Shown: positions 9,701-19,132 of the stretch, in pieces
How positions within the stretch are numbered: the stretch's first letter is position 1
How the letters are laid out: every line of letters starts with the position of its first letter
From: Pirellulales bacterium
GTDB taxonomy: Bacteria > Planctomycetota > Planctomycetia > Pirellulales > JACPPG01
Assembly (NCBI GenBank): GCA_035546535.1
Contig: DASZWQ010000098.1
Location: 3,964 to 67,963 of the forward strand
Direction of reading: 5' to 3'
DNA: 64,000 nucleotides
Made by a program: the position numbers and the translations under genes
Notes under the pieces: generated by a model
Database searches by the model: none
Told to the model about the DNA's origin: nothing
Seen by the model: only the letters and a program-made list of their open reading frames with translations

Positions 9701-10355
9701 GCGCAACTACTGCACGCACAACACGGTCGAAGCCGCGGCGCTCTCGCATCGCTCCGAGGCCGTATTGGGTGGCATTCTTTCCTCGATCAAGTTCTCGCAG
9801 ACCAAGAACCCGCGGCCCGGGTCCACGGCCACCAAGTACGCCATGTTCGACCTGGAAGATACGGCCGGCGTGATGCGCACCATCATCTGGCCCGAGGAAT
9901 TCGCCAACTACGGCGAATTCATCAAAGCCGACGCGATCCTGGCGCTGCGCGGCGTGATCGACAAACGGCCCGGAAGTGAAGAAGCGAACTTCATTGTCAA
10001 CGAGGTCATGCACCTGCCGGACCTGGCCAGTCGTTACACGCGCGGCGTGCTGATTCGCGTCGACGAAGAGCCGCACGGTGTGCGTGGGCTCGAGCAACTC
10101 TACGAAATCCTGCGCGGTTACCCCGGTAGTTGCGAATTGCAATTGGCCCTACGACTGGCTGACGGCAGCCAGGTGACCTGTGCCTGCGACGGGATGCGCG
10201 TCGAGCTGAACACCGAGATGCGCGGCCGGGTCGAGGAACTGCTGGGCCAGGGAAGTCTCCGCCCGGTGGCCTCGCGCCCCAAGCCCACGGGCAACGGGCA
10301 GAATGGCAACGGTCACAACGGCTACTCACGGCAGCCCGCCGGCGCGCGCCGCTAG
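6765..10355 (+). CDS. dnaE: DNA polymerase III alpha subunit
   Basis: 1196 aa. PHP domain start FVHLHCHSHYSLLDGAS, then the conserved ..YGFNKSHSTAYALIAYMTAYLKAHF.. and OB-fold tail. Start moved to ATG 6765. The 926-aa antisense ORF is a shadow. Confidence 0.95.
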   Translation: MTSGRFVHLHCHSHYSLLDGASPIDGLIAKAKNQGMNALALTDHGNLYGALEFYEAAKAEGINPIIGYEAYIAPGSRFQKDVDANQEASYHLTLLAQNRTGFQNLVKLASSAFLEGFYRKPRIDKELLAAHSEGLICLSGCVSGELSRSLLRGSAAEPDWNEIEKIITWFSQTFGDRYFLEIQNNGLEIQRMALEGTVRVAQRMGLPLVATSDAHYVNREDAEAQDVLLCINTGRFRTDVNRMRMEGNEFFLRGPEEMYQAFPGLEDAVARSQEIADSVSIDLELGKRHFPTFDVPTEKTSTEYLRELCLTGLRERYANQPDFLADGVLAPVVLDRLERELDVIDKLGFPNYFLIVWDFVRFARERGIPATARGSGVGSLVAFALHLSHVCPLKYDLLFERFLDISRREAPDIDIDFCKDRRSEVIGYVKERYGAENVAQIGTFGTLAARAAIRDVGRALGLTVARVDSIVALVPETLGISIEEALEASEDLRRAYDNDGEVRELLDLAMKIEGLARNVGTHAAAVVIADRPLNEYVPLQRVQGKEEVITQWAMGDVERAGLLKMDFLGLRNLTILSKAVDLIRATTGREVDPYKFPLDDPETFKLLCRGETKGIFQLESGGIRDLLQRMKPDHFRDIIATNALYRPGPLEGGMVDDYIQVKHRRKQAEYKHPVMKDILEETHGVMVYQEQVMRILNRLGGIELSNAYSCIKAISKKKLPMIAKFREQFVNGAVEQGLKEREAEELFGMIEKFAGYGFNKSHSTAYALIAYMTAYLKAHFSVEFMAALLSGDIQGRNFKKKDSLVEHLEDCRRMNITVVSPDVNRCGGDFGVENGQILFGLAAIKGCGMQAADAIYAERRARGPFRDLFDFCERLDPAHVNRGAIESLVKAGAFDFTGARRSQNMAAIERALQSGASALADRRSGQKGLFGDEDEPSAPAAASLPDLPEWPERERLSAEKEVLGFYLSSHPLDEHAETLRNYCTHNTVEAAALSHRSEAVLGGILSSIKFSQTKNPRPGSTATKYAMFDLEDTAGVMRTIIWPEEFANYGEFIKADAILALRGVIDKRPGSEEANFIVNEVMHLPDLASRYTRGVLIRVDEEPHGVRGLEQLYEILRGYPGSCELQLALRLADGSQVTCACDGMRVELNTEMRGRVEELLGQGSLRPVASRPKPTGNGQNGNGHNGYSRQPAGARR

Positions 10356-10641
10356 CAACAAGGCCGGCACACGCACGTTCGGTGCGATCGCGACATGCTT
10401 TTTCGCCGCAGGCGCATAAGCACGCGAAATGATCGGTCGAGCCGCTCAAGCCCTATCGCGATCGTGGTATAGCCAGCGCGCCATCGCGTGTGTCTCGCGC
10501 TGACTGACCTTGACACAACACGGCTTTCGCCGTTTGATGCTCCGCCGCAGTCAGCCTGGCCAAGGGCGGGGCCATGCTAGCTTTGCGTCGCAGTTTTCGG
10601 ATTGCGCATTTGCCCGCCACGAGTCTAGGCCTCGAGAAACT

Positions 10642-11916
10642 ATGGCTGCCAAGCAGAAGGCTCCATTGAGCCGGATGTTCGATCTGCCGCTGCTCATGGC
10701 GGCGTGCCTCACGATCGCTTTCTACGCCTTCGTGCATCAACCGGCGATGCACGACACCCTGCTACATAGATACACGACGCATCACGTCGTCGAGTACATC
10801 ATCGTCGGCTTCTTCATCTGGGGCTTGTGCGACGTTTTCTTCAAGGTTCTGTCGTTCCCGCGGCAGTCACTGGCCTTGCGTCATGACTGGTTGCCGCCGC
10901 GCAAAGGGCGCGAGCCGGTGTCTCACGCCGTCGGCCTGTATGGGATTCTGGAAAAGAAGCCCGCCTGGCTGCTGCAATCGCGCGTCGGGCAGCGGTTACT
11001 CGAAGCGCTCGGCTACGTGAAGGACCGGGGGTCGACCGACGGACTGGCCGACCATTTGCGATACCTGGCGGAACTCGATGATGAGCGGGCCCATAACAAC
11101 TACGGCCTGGTGCGGTTTATTTGCTGGGTGACGCCGGTGCTGGGTTTCTTTGGCACGGTGCTGCACTTCGGTTCGGCGCTCGGCGGATTGTCCGTTGATG
11201 AGATCGGCGAGCGCCTGCCGACCGTGGTGGGCGAAATGGGAACGGCGTTCAATACCACGACCGTCGCTCTGGCCGCTGCAACGTCGATGATGTTCAGCTT
11301 GTTCCTCTGCGAGAAAACCGAGCGCGAGCTGGTTCGCGGCACCGATCGGCTCGCCGAGCGGGAATTGCTGAACCGCTTCGAGACCTCCGACGCCAGCCTG
11401 GCACCGTTCTTAAATGCCATCGAAACCGCCAGCCAGAGCATGCTGCGGACGATGGACGAGACGGTCGAGCGCCAATTGGGCATCTGGTCGAGCGCGTTTC
11501 ACGACCTGCAACGACAGGCCGACGAGCGACATACGTTTCTCACGGATCTCTGGCAGCAGACCATGGAATCGCTGCACCAACGCTTCGAGGCCAGCGATAA
11601 CGAGCGCGAGCGCAAACTCGTCAAGGTGCTGGAAGCGATGGAATTGCAGCGCGAACAGCACCGCGCCGATGTGCTGACCACTGTCGAGCACGTGACCCGG
11701 CTGCAAACCGACCTGACCGAGCTGGCCGCGGCGATCGCCGACGTGGTGCATGGCAAGGGAGAGCTGGTCAAGCTCCAAGCGAGCCTGGCCGACAACGTGC
11801 GGCTGTTGCGCGAGACCGGCCAGATCGATCAGGCTCTACACGGCCTGACGGCGGCCATCCATCTGATCACGGCCCGCTACCAGCCGAGCGCGCTCGGCCT
11901 CGATCGCGCGGCATAG
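10642..11916 (+). CDS. MotA/TolQ/ExbB proton-channel family protein with C-terminal coiled-coil extension
   Basis: TM helices plus the family signature VTPVLGFFGTVLHFG ... GEMGTAFNTTTVALAAATSMMFSLFL. The last ~170 aa are charged and heptad-like. Start moved to ATG 10642 (MAAKQK..). Confidence 0.7.
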   Translation: MAAKQKAPLSRMFDLPLLMAACLTIAFYAFVHQPAMHDTLLHRYTTHHVVEYIIVGFFIWGLCDVFFKVLSFPRQSLALRHDWLPPRKGREPVSHAVGLYGILEKKPAWLLQSRVGQRLLEALGYVKDRGSTDGLADHLRYLAELDDERAHNNYGLVRFICWVTPVLGFFGTVLHFGSALGGLSVDEIGERLPTVVGEMGTAFNTTTVALAAATSMMFSLFLCEKTERELVRGTDRLAERELLNRFETSDASLAPFLNAIETASQSMLRTMDETVERQLGIWSSAFHDLQRQADERHTFLTDLWQQTMESLHQRFEASDNERERKLVKVLEAMELQREQHRADVLTTVEHVTRLQTDLTELAAAIADVVHGKGELVKLQASLADNVRLLRETGQIDQALHGLTAAIHLITARYQPSALGLDRAA

Positions 11917-11998
11917 CATTCGGGCCGACACGTGCCATGCTGGTTCGGCGCAGCCGAAGAAGCATGCGCGTGCAGCCTCCGCCCGACAAAAGACCCGC

Positions 11999-13858
11999 TT
12001 ACGATTTCCCCAGCGGCAGTACGACCTTGCTCAACAGGATCGGGACCTTCGTCGGCTTGAGCGGGTTATCTCCCACGGCCACGGTCTTTGGATGGGCGAT
12101 TCCCAATACCAGCACGCGGTCCCCTTCGGCCAGGCCCGCGATTGGCTCGTCGAGCGGCAGGAAGTATTCTTCCTCCGAGCCGACCAGAGTGATCAATAGG
12201 GCCGCGTCCTGGTCATCGCCGTGAAAGAACTTCTTCACGCGACCGAACACGAAGGCGCCGCCGTAAGGCGTTCGATCCTTGCCAGCGTGCGCGTTGATGG
12301 GGCGCATCTGATCGTCGTCTTGCCAGTGAATCTTGCGTAATTCGGCCACGACCTTGTCGGCCTCGCGAATCACGGCCTGCTGCTCTTCCATCGGCATCGG
12401 GATTTGCACCCCGGGATGCGCCTGTACGTACTTCACCGCCGTGATTGCCTTGGCCAATTCATCCAGCGCTACCCAATCTTCGGCCTCGCGCGGACGCCAG
12501 TTCTTGGTCGCCAGCTCGGACGACAGCGTCTTGATGCGTTCCGAGGCCATCGACAACGCTGCGAATTGCGGCTGCGATGGCTCGGGCATGCTCCGCCGCC
12601 GCAGCTTCAGCGGCACCACGGCCGTCTCTTGATGACGCGCAAGCTCGTGCAGATGCCGGCTATGGATGGCATAGCCCAGCCCCAGCTTCTGATTAACCCA
12701 CGAATTGACGCCGATCACCTCGCCGCGGGCGTTGATCAATGGTCCACCGCTATTGCCGGGCGCGATCTTGGCATCGTGTTGAATCCACAGGTCGTCATCG
12801 CTGCCTTCGAGCGTCGACTCGAGCCATTGTCGCGTGTCGGCGGGCAGTTGCGTGGTGCGCAGCACGCGCCCGACGATACCTCCTGTGGTCGTGAACTCGT
12901 TATCCTGCGGGTGGCCGATGGCATACACCTGGGCCGCGTCGCGCGGTCCGTCCCCGTAATTCAGCTCGAGCGCCTTTACATTCGCGGGCACGCCATTGAT
13001 CTTGATGATCGCCAGGTCACTGCTGTGGTCGACGGCCATGTATCCTTCGACGCCAAATCGCGTGCCGTCGTTGAAAACGACATCGGCTTTGGCCGCGTCG
13101 GAAACGACGTGATAATTCGTCGCCACCAGGCCGCTGGCGTCGATGACGAAGCCCGAGCCCAGCCCGCGGCGATTGTTGAAGTTATCGGAAGTTTCGATTT
13201 TCACGATGCCATGCTTGACGTACTCGACCACGTCTTCCAAGGTGGCGCCGGCATCAGGCTTAGCGGTTTCGACAACCTCTTGCTGCGGGTGGGGATTGAA
13301 CGGGGCTGGATTAAAATCCGCCGCGACACCGGCAGGCTGCTCATGAGGAGCAGGCTGCGAGCTCGCGGTTGGCACGTTCGCCGGCCGCAACATCAGGAAC
13401 AGTCCAGCGGCCACGAGCGCGGTGGTTGCGCCGCCCAAGGTGATCCACACCCAGGCAGGCGGCGCCGCGCGGCGCGTGCGCCGAACGCGAGGAACCGGCG
13501 CGGTGATATCGACGGCGACGACCGGTGCCGCGGTCGATTCCGGCACCGAGACGTGAAATAGTTCGTGTGCGGATGTTGGATCGGCGGTAGTTGGCGCCGC
13601 GGACGGGATCGACCCGCACGAGTGACGATCGGGTATCGGAGGCGGCACAGGCACGGGGCGCCGAGTTGGCGCGCTGGGAGACGAGCCCGCCGACGGAATC
13701 GTTGCCGCGTTGCGAGTCCCCGCATTCTCGGCGCGTCCCGCTAGCGGAGGCACGCGCAGCGTCGTGCCGCACTTCGGACACTTTCCCTGTCGCCCGGCGA
13801 GCTCGTCGCGGACTTCTAAAGTCGCCTGGCAGGACTGACAAGTGAGGCGAATCGCCAT
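11999..13858 (-). CDS. Trypsin-like (S1C/HtrA-type) serine protease with N-terminal zinc ribbon and TM segment
   Basis: N-terminal CQSC..(17 aa)..CPKC zinc ribbon and TM segment WVWITLGGATTALVAAGLFLM. Catalytic region ..ATNYHVV.., ..DLAIIKI.., ..GNSGGPLINARGEVIGVNSW. Start moved to ATG 13858. Confidence 0.8.
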   Translation of the reverse strand: MAIRLTCQSCQATLEVRDELAGRQGKCPKCGTTLRVPPLAGRAENAGTRNAATIPSAGSSPSAPTRRPVPVPPPIPDRHSCGSIPSAAPTTADPTSAHELFHVSVPESTAAPVVAVDITAPVPRVRRTRRAAPPAWVWITLGGATTALVAAGLFLMLRPANVPTASSQPAPHEQPAGVAADFNPAPFNPHPQQEVVETAKPDAGATLEDVVEYVKHGIVKIETSDNFNNRRGLGSGFVIDASGLVATNYHVVSDAAKADVVFNDGTRFGVEGYMAVDHSSDLAIIKINGVPANVKALELNYGDGPRDAAQVYAIGHPQDNEFTTTGGIVGRVLRTTQLPADTRQWLESTLEGSDDDLWIQHDAKIAPGNSGGPLINARGEVIGVNSWVNQKLGLGYAIHSRHLHELARHQETAVVPLKLRRRSMPEPSQPQFAALSMASERIKTLSSELATKNWRPREAEDWVALDELAKAITAVKYVQAHPGVQIPMPMEEQQAVIREADKVVAELRKIHWQDDDQMRPINAHAGKDRTPYGGAFVFGRVKKFFHGDDQDAALLITLVGSEEEYFLPLDEPIAGLAEGDRVLVLGIAHPKTVAVGDNPLKPTKVPILLSKVVLPLGKS

Positions 13859-14184
13859 CAGAAACCCTTCTGCTCTTCCAGCTCTCCAGCCTAACAAGTC
13901 CTACGCTCGCCAGCCATTCGCGGGCCGCAAATTACGAAATCATGAGAATTGGCACCCGAAATCGACAAGCTTTATCGTTTGCTGGCGAAAAGCATGGGCC
14001 AGGGACGCTGGCGTCGCCCCCCTCAAAAACGCCCGGCATGGTGGTACAATGCAGCGGTTTGTATCGGAAAGCTCGTACCGAGCCTGTGCCCCCGCGAATC
14101 TTTGGGGGCGATCGGACGGTACAGCAGAGATGAGGAGGGCCCGTGCCCTCGGTGTCAGGCAATTGACCCGGCTCTCGGCCCGCA

Positions 14185-15153
14185 ATGCATCTCGTTGATA
14201 TTCATAACGTCAGCCGCAGTTACGGGCACGTGCGGGCGCTCCGGGACGTGAGTTTCACGCTCGAGCCGGGTATCGTCGGCCTGGTCGGCAACAACGGGGC
14301 CGGAAAATCGACACTGCTCAAGGTCTTGCTCGGCCTGCTCACGCCCGATGCCGGCCACGGGACCATTCTCGGCTTCGATATTTGCCACGCCACCAGTGCT
14401 CTGCGCGGACAAGTCGGCTACATGCCCGAGGCCGCCGCGACGGTGCCGGTGCTGAAGGGGGTGGAATTCGTCACGCTGGCCGGCGACCTGTACGGGATGC
14501 CGCATCGCGACGCCCGGCGCCGCGCCCACGAAGTCTTGAATTACGTCGGCCTGGGTGAGCTGCGTTACCGCCGGCTGGAGGAGTATTCGACCGGCAACGT
14601 GCAGCGGTTGAAGCTGGCCGCGGCATTGGTACACGATCCGCGGCTGTTGTTGTTGGACGAACCGACCAATGGCCTCGACCCTGAGGGGCGCGAGGCAATG
14701 CTGGAATTGATCGAGGATTTGATCCGCGAGACGGGCAAGAGCGTCATTCTTTGCACGCACCTGCTGCCCGACGTCGAGCGGCTGTGCGAACAGATCGTGG
14801 TTCTGCATCGCGGCACCGTGATCCGCGCCGGCACTATGGCGGCGCTGCGACTTGGCGAATCGAATCGCTTCGATATTCGGTGGCGGGGCGAAGGAGCCGG
14901 ATTTCTTGTCGCGCTGCGCGACGCCGGTGTTCAGGTCATGGCCGGAGCCCATGCCGATCATGCCGTGGTACACGCTCCGGCCAACTGGCACAACTCGCAA
15001 TTCTTTGTGCTGGCGCGCCGGCACGACGTCGTGCTCACGGAATTGCGCGCCGACGAAGAGGATCTCGAGCGGCTATTCTTCCGCGTCACCGACGACACCA
15101 TGCCCGCGACGCCGGTCGCGGTACCGCCGCAGGAGCCGAGCAGTGGGCATTGA
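14185..15153 (+). CDS. ABC transporter ATP-binding protein
   Basis: Walker A GLVGNNGAGKSTLL, signature YSTGNVQRLKLA, Walker B LLLLDEPTNGLD. Confidence 0.9.
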   Translation: MHLVDIHNVSRSYGHVRALRDVSFTLEPGIVGLVGNNGAGKSTLLKVLLGLLTPDAGHGTILGFDICHATSALRGQVGYMPEAAATVPVLKGVEFVTLAGDLYGMPHRDARRRAHEVLNYVGLGELRYRRLEEYSTGNVQRLKLAAALVHDPRLLLLDEPTNGLDPEGREAMLELIEDLIRETGKSVILCTHLLPDVERLCEQIVVLHRGTVIRAGTMAALRLGESNRFDIRWRGEGAGFLVALRDAGVQVMAGAHADHAVVHAPANWHNSQFFVLARRHDVVLTELRADEEDLERLFFRVTDDTMPATPVAVPPQEPSSGH

Positions 15154-16033
15154 CAACGCGCATTACTACGGGTGGGAGGGAAAGCTGCACTCGCCTTGGT
15201 GGGCGACGTTGGCGATCGTGCGCGTGGCGCTGTTGCAGGTCTTTCGCCGCAAGTCGTACTGGCTGGTGATCGCGCTGGGGATTTTCCAGTTCCTGATGTA
15301 TTGGATCATCATCTACGTGCTGACCCAGGCCCGGCTGCCGGCCGATGCGCAGCACGATTTGTTTCAGTGGTTCGGTTTCAGCCCGCGCGCCGAGCAAGGC
15401 GAGGAAATCGGCTACATCCGCTTCATGCAGCAGCAGAGCGTGGTGGTGATGATCTTGCTGGCCTTCTCGGGCAGCTTGTTGGTGGGGGCGGATTTTCGTA
15501 TGAAGTCGCTCCCGTTCTATCTGTCGCGGCGCGTCGACCGCCGGCATTACATCGTCGGCAAGCTGATGGCGATCAGCGTCATCATTTCCTTGCTGACGAC
15601 ATTGCCGGCGCTCTTGCTGTTTCTCGAGTTCGGCATGTTTACACCCTCGACCGGCTATTGGGCCGAGCATTGGGACGTCGTGCCGTCCGTACTGGCGTAC
15701 GGACTGGCGTTTTGTGTCGTGCTCAGCATCCCGCTGGTGACGATCTCGGCCTATTTGCAGCGCATGGCCCCGATCGCGATCACGTGGTCGACGATTTTCG
15801 TCATGCTGGGACGGCTCGGTTCGTACATGCGCGAAGCGACCGAGAACGACAATTGGAAGTTGATCGACCCGTGGCTCGATATCCGCCTGGTGGGCAAGTT
15901 GTGTTTCGGAGCATTCAACGAGCCCGGCGAATACGAGCGTGCCCTCAAGGCGGCTCTGATCTTGGGATCGATCTGCCTGGTGTGCCTGGTGGCGCTGGCG
16001 CGCCGGGTGCGCGCCGTGGACATCGTGGAATAG
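15143..16033 (+). CDS. ABC-2-type transporter permease (multi-pass membrane protein)
   Basis: GTG at 15143 overlaps the upstream stop by 11 nt (GTGGGCATTGA). About six hydrophobic helices. The upstream 97 codons of track ORF 14852.. overlap the ATPase gene and are Arg/Ser-rich. Confidence 0.65.
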   Translation: MGIDNAHYYGWEGKLHSPWWATLAIVRVALLQVFRRKSYWLVIALGIFQFLMYWIIIYVLTQARLPADAQHDLFQWFGFSPRAEQGEEIGYIRFMQQQSVVVMILLAFSGSLLVGADFRMKSLPFYLSRRVDRRHYIVGKLMAISVIISLLTTLPALLLFLEFGMFTPSTGYWAEHWDVVPSVLAYGLAFCVVLSIPLVTISAYLQRMAPIAITWSTIFVMLGRLGSYMREATENDNWKLIDPWLDIRLVGKLCFGAFNEPGEYERALKAALILGSICLVCLVALARRVRAVDIVE

Positions 16034-16087
16034 GAACACTCCAGCGGCCCCTGGCTAAAAAAAAGTCGAGCAATCTACCGGCACCCT

Positions 16088-17005
16088 ATGTTTCTCACCT
16101 TCGACCACGTCACGAAGTTCTACGGGCCGGTAATCGGCGTCAACAACATCAGTTGCCGGATCGGGCCGGGCATCACTGGTTTGTTCGGCGCCAATGGCGC
16201 CGGCAAATCGACCTTGATGAAGCTGGCCAGCGGCCAGTTGCGCCCCAGCCAGGGTGAGGTTCGCATCGGCGATCATCGCGCCTGGTCGACAACCGCCAAA
16301 CATTATTTCGGCTACGTGCCCGACTTGAACAGCTTCTATGAAGAAATGACCTGCCGTGATTTCGTCTATGTGCTGGCCCGGCTGTATGGGCTGTCACGCG
16401 CCGACGCGCGGGCGCGCACGAGCGAAGTCATCGAAGAAGTGGGCATGGCTGATCGCGCCGGTCGGCGGTTGGCCGGTTGCAGCCACGGCATGCGGCAGCG
16501 GATCAAGCTGGCCCAGGCCTTGATCAATGATCCGCCGATCCTGCTTTTGGACGAGCCCATGAGCGGCATCGATCCTGGTGGCCGTCGCGAGATTTCGCGA
16601 TTGCTCTTGGCGCAAGGCGAAAAGGGCAAAACGATCCTCATCTCGAGCCACATCCTGGCCGAGACCGAAACGCTGACCGATTCGGTGTTGATCATCGCCC
16701 GTGGGCGCATCGTGGCGTCGGGCACGTTGACCGAAATTCGCTCGCTGTTGGAAGACCGGCCGCTGACGGTCGAAATCGGCTCGTCGCAGGCACGGCAATT
16801 AGCGGCCCTGCTGGTTGCCGAGCATGAGGTACGTGGCGTGGAGCTGCGGTCCGACGGCCTGGTTCTCCAAACGCGCAATCCGCTGCGGTTTTTCACGCTC
16901 TTGAATGATCTCGTCGCGGGGCACGGCATCGACGTCCACAAGCTCCACACGCTCGACGCCGGCGCGGATGCCGTTTTCAACTATTTGCAACAAGGGGCCC
17001 GATGA
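16088..17005 (+). CDS. ABC transporter ATP-binding protein
   Basis: Walker A GLFGANGAGKSTLM, signature CSHGMRQRIKLA, Walker B ILLLDEPMSGID. Confidence 0.9.
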   Translation: MFLTFDHVTKFYGPVIGVNNISCRIGPGITGLFGANGAGKSTLMKLASGQLRPSQGEVRIGDHRAWSTTAKHYFGYVPDLNSFYEEMTCRDFVYVLARLYGLSRADARARTSEVIEEVGMADRAGRRLAGCSHGMRQRIKLAQALINDPPILLLDEPMSGIDPGGRREISRLLLAQGEKGKTILISSHILAETETLTDSVLIIARGRIVASGTLTEIRSLLEDRPLTVEIGSSQARQLAALLVAEHEVRGVELRSDGLVLQTRNPLRFFTLLNDLVAGHGIDVHKLHTLDAGADAVFNYLQQGAR

Positions 17006-17766
17006 GTCTGTTTCGCGCGTGGACCACACTGGTCTGGCTATCGTTTCGTCGTTTGCTCTGGTCGGGCAGCACGCTGATGGTGCTGTTGCCGCTATCGGCG
17101 TGCGTGCTGTTCCTGATGCGGCGCAGGTTCTGGCGTGAAGAGAGCTCGTTCGAGGCCTTTAACGGCTTCAGCCAGTTCTTGATGTTCGTGTTCGCCTCGT
17201 TCGTTGTGCCAATGTGCGCCGTGGCCTACGCAACAAGCAGCATCGGCGGTGATCGCGAGGACCGCACGCTGCTATTCTTGCTGGTGCGCCCGGTGCCGCG
17301 ACCGCTGATCTTTCTAGCCAAGTTCCTGGCGACGCTGCCGCTCGTGCTGGGGCTCTTGATGGGATCGTTCTTCGTCTACTGCCAACTGGGGGGCGCCAAT
17401 GGCCGTGATGCGTACGTGCTCTACCTGCCGTCGATCTTCTACATGGCGATCGCTTATGTCAGCCTGTTTCATTTCTTCGCCGTGTCGTTTCGCCATTCCA
17501 CGATCATCGCCCTGATCTATTCGCTTTTCATGGAACTTCTCCTGGGCAATATGCCAGGCATCGTGAAGCGGGTGGCGATCAACTATTACGGCCGCTCGAT
17601 GATGTATGCCGCCGGGGTACCCAAAGGGCTGGAACGCCCCGATGCGCAGTGGTTCGAGCCGATTTCGGCCACCACCAGCGCCGCGGCACTTGCGGGGATC
17701 ACGGTTGTCGGGCTGCTTGTGGCGCTAGTCGTGTTTCAGCGACGCGAGTACACTGACTTGACTTGA
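17002..17766 (+). CDS. ABC transporter permease
   Basis: ATGA start/stop overlap with the ATPase gene. Multi-pass hydrophobic protein. Confidence 0.7.
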   Translation: MSLFRAWTTLVWLSFRRLLWSGSTLMVLLPLSACVLFLMRRRFWREESSFEAFNGFSQFLMFVFASFVVPMCAVAYATSSIGGDREDRTLLFLLVRPVPRPLIFLAKFLATLPLVLGLLMGSFFVYCQLGGANGRDAYVLYLPSIFYMAIAYVSLFHFFAVSFRHSTIIALIYSLFMELLLGNMPGIVKRVAINYYGRSMMYAAGVPKGLERPDAQWFEPISATTSAAALAGITVVGLLVALVVFQRREYTDLT

Positions 17767-17926
17767 AATTGACGACAACTCGCTCCCTTGCCGGGAGGGG
17801 CGGGGAGGGCTGATGCGGTCCACTCCGTTCGGCTTTCACCCCTCACCTAACCTCTCCCCTGAGCGGAGAGGGATTATTAGCCACGTTGGAAATCGTTCGC
17901 GCGCGTCAACGCACACTTCTCACGCG

Positions 17927-19132
17927 ATGTCCGATATCTGGAGCTTTCATTCCGCCGGCCAGCTCGTATTCGGACGTGGTGCGATTGCGCGCGCTGGCCA
18001 GCTCGTCACGCGACTGGGCGTGCGGCGCGTCATGGTTGTCACCGATCAGCGGCTGGCCGATGCGGGCATTGTCGACTCGGTGACGGTGCCGCTCGCGGCG
18101 GCCGGCATCGATGCTCCTTGCTTCACCGGCGGCGAGCCTGAGCCGACCCTGGAAGCTGCCGAGCGCGCCATCGCGCATGCCCGCGACGTGCGGCCCGACG
18201 CCGTGCTGGGGCTGGGCGGCGGTAGCAACATGGACCTGGCCAAGATTACGGCCGCGGTCCTGGCCCACGGCGGCCGGCCGCGCGATTTTTTCGGCGACGA
18301 TTGCCTGGCCGGCCCGGTGCTTCCTTTGATTTGCGTGCCCACGACGGCTGGCACCGGCAGCGAGGTGAGTGCGTCGTGTGTGCTCACCGATCGGCAGAAT
18401 GAGGTCAAGGTCGGCGTGCTGAGCAATTATTTGCGGCCGCGGCTGGCGATCGTGGACCCGCTCTTGACGGTGTCCTGCCCGGCAAAAGTCACGGCCGACA
18501 GCGGCATCGACGCGCTGACGCACGCCATCGAAGCGTTCACGGCCGTCGACAATGCGCGGTTTCCGCTGGCCCCCGGCGAAAAGACCGTTTATCAAGGGCG
18601 CCATCCGCTGGCCGACGCGCTGGCGGAAAAGGCAATTCGCCTGATCGGGCAAAACCTCGAGCGGGCGGTCTCGCAACCGACGGACGAGGCAGCGCGCGAG
18701 GCGATGTCGCTGGGGGCGACGCTTGCCGGCATGGCCTTTTCGAACGTTGGCGTCGCGCTCGTGCATGCGCTCGAATATCCGCTCGGCGGCCTGACACATT
18801 GTTCGCACGGAGCCGGGAACGGGTTGTTTCTGCCGTACGTGATGCGCTTCAATCTTCCGCGGCGCGAGCGCGAGCTGGCGCAGATTGCGACGTTCCTGGG
18901 TATCGAAACGCAGGGAAAGTCCGAGCGGCAGGCGGCCGAGGCCGCGATCGAGCGCGTCGAGCAGATCAGACTCGCGATCGGCATTCCCGCGCGGCTGCGC
19001 GAGCTGGGGGTCACGCGCGAGCGATTACCGATGCTGGCCGAGAAGACCTTGGCGATCAAACGCATCTTGCGCGTGAACCCACGTGCCGTGACGCTCGTGG
19101 ACCTGACATCGATTTTGGAGTCGGCCCTTTGA
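17927..19132 (+). CDS. Iron-containing (group III) alcohol dehydrogenase
   Basis: ..LGLGGGSNMDLAKI.., ..CVPTTAGTGSEVS.., and ..DALTHAIEAF.. are typical Fe-ADH blocks. Start moved to ATG 17927 (MSDIWSFH..). Confidence 0.85.
   Translation: MSDIWSFHSAGQLVFGRGAIARAGQLVTRLGVRRVMVVTDQRLADAGIVDSVTVPLAAAGIDAPCFTGGEPEPTLEAAERAIAHARDVRPDAVLGLGGGSNMDLAKITAAVLAHGGRPRDFFGDDCLAGPVLPLICVPTTAGTGSEVSASCVLTDRQNEVKVGVLSNYLRPRLAIVDPLLTVSCPAKVTADSGIDALTHAIEAFTAVDNARFPLAPGEKTVYQGRHPLADALAEKAIRLIGQNLERAVSQPTDEAAREAMSLGATLAGMAFSNVGVALVHALEYPLGGLTHCSHGAGNGLFLPYVMRFNLPRRERELAQIATFLGIETQGKSERQAAEAAIERVEQIRLAIGIPARLRELGVTRERLPMLAEKTLAIKRILRVNPRAVTLVDLTSILESAL

Noticed and set aside
10642-11916. Zorya (ZorA) anti-phage system
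   Set aside because: Only a MotA-like protein with a tail is present. There is no ZorB (MotB/OmpA-like) gene and no ZorC/D/E-like genes nearby. The flanks are housekeeping (dnaE).
11936-11966. Long imperfect hairpin between the convergent genes 10642..11916 and 11999..13858
   Set aside because: The stems CATGCT/AGCATG and TTCGGC/GCCGAA are real, but no U-tract follows on either strand. It may be a Rho-dependent or structural element, so it is not called as an intrinsic terminator.
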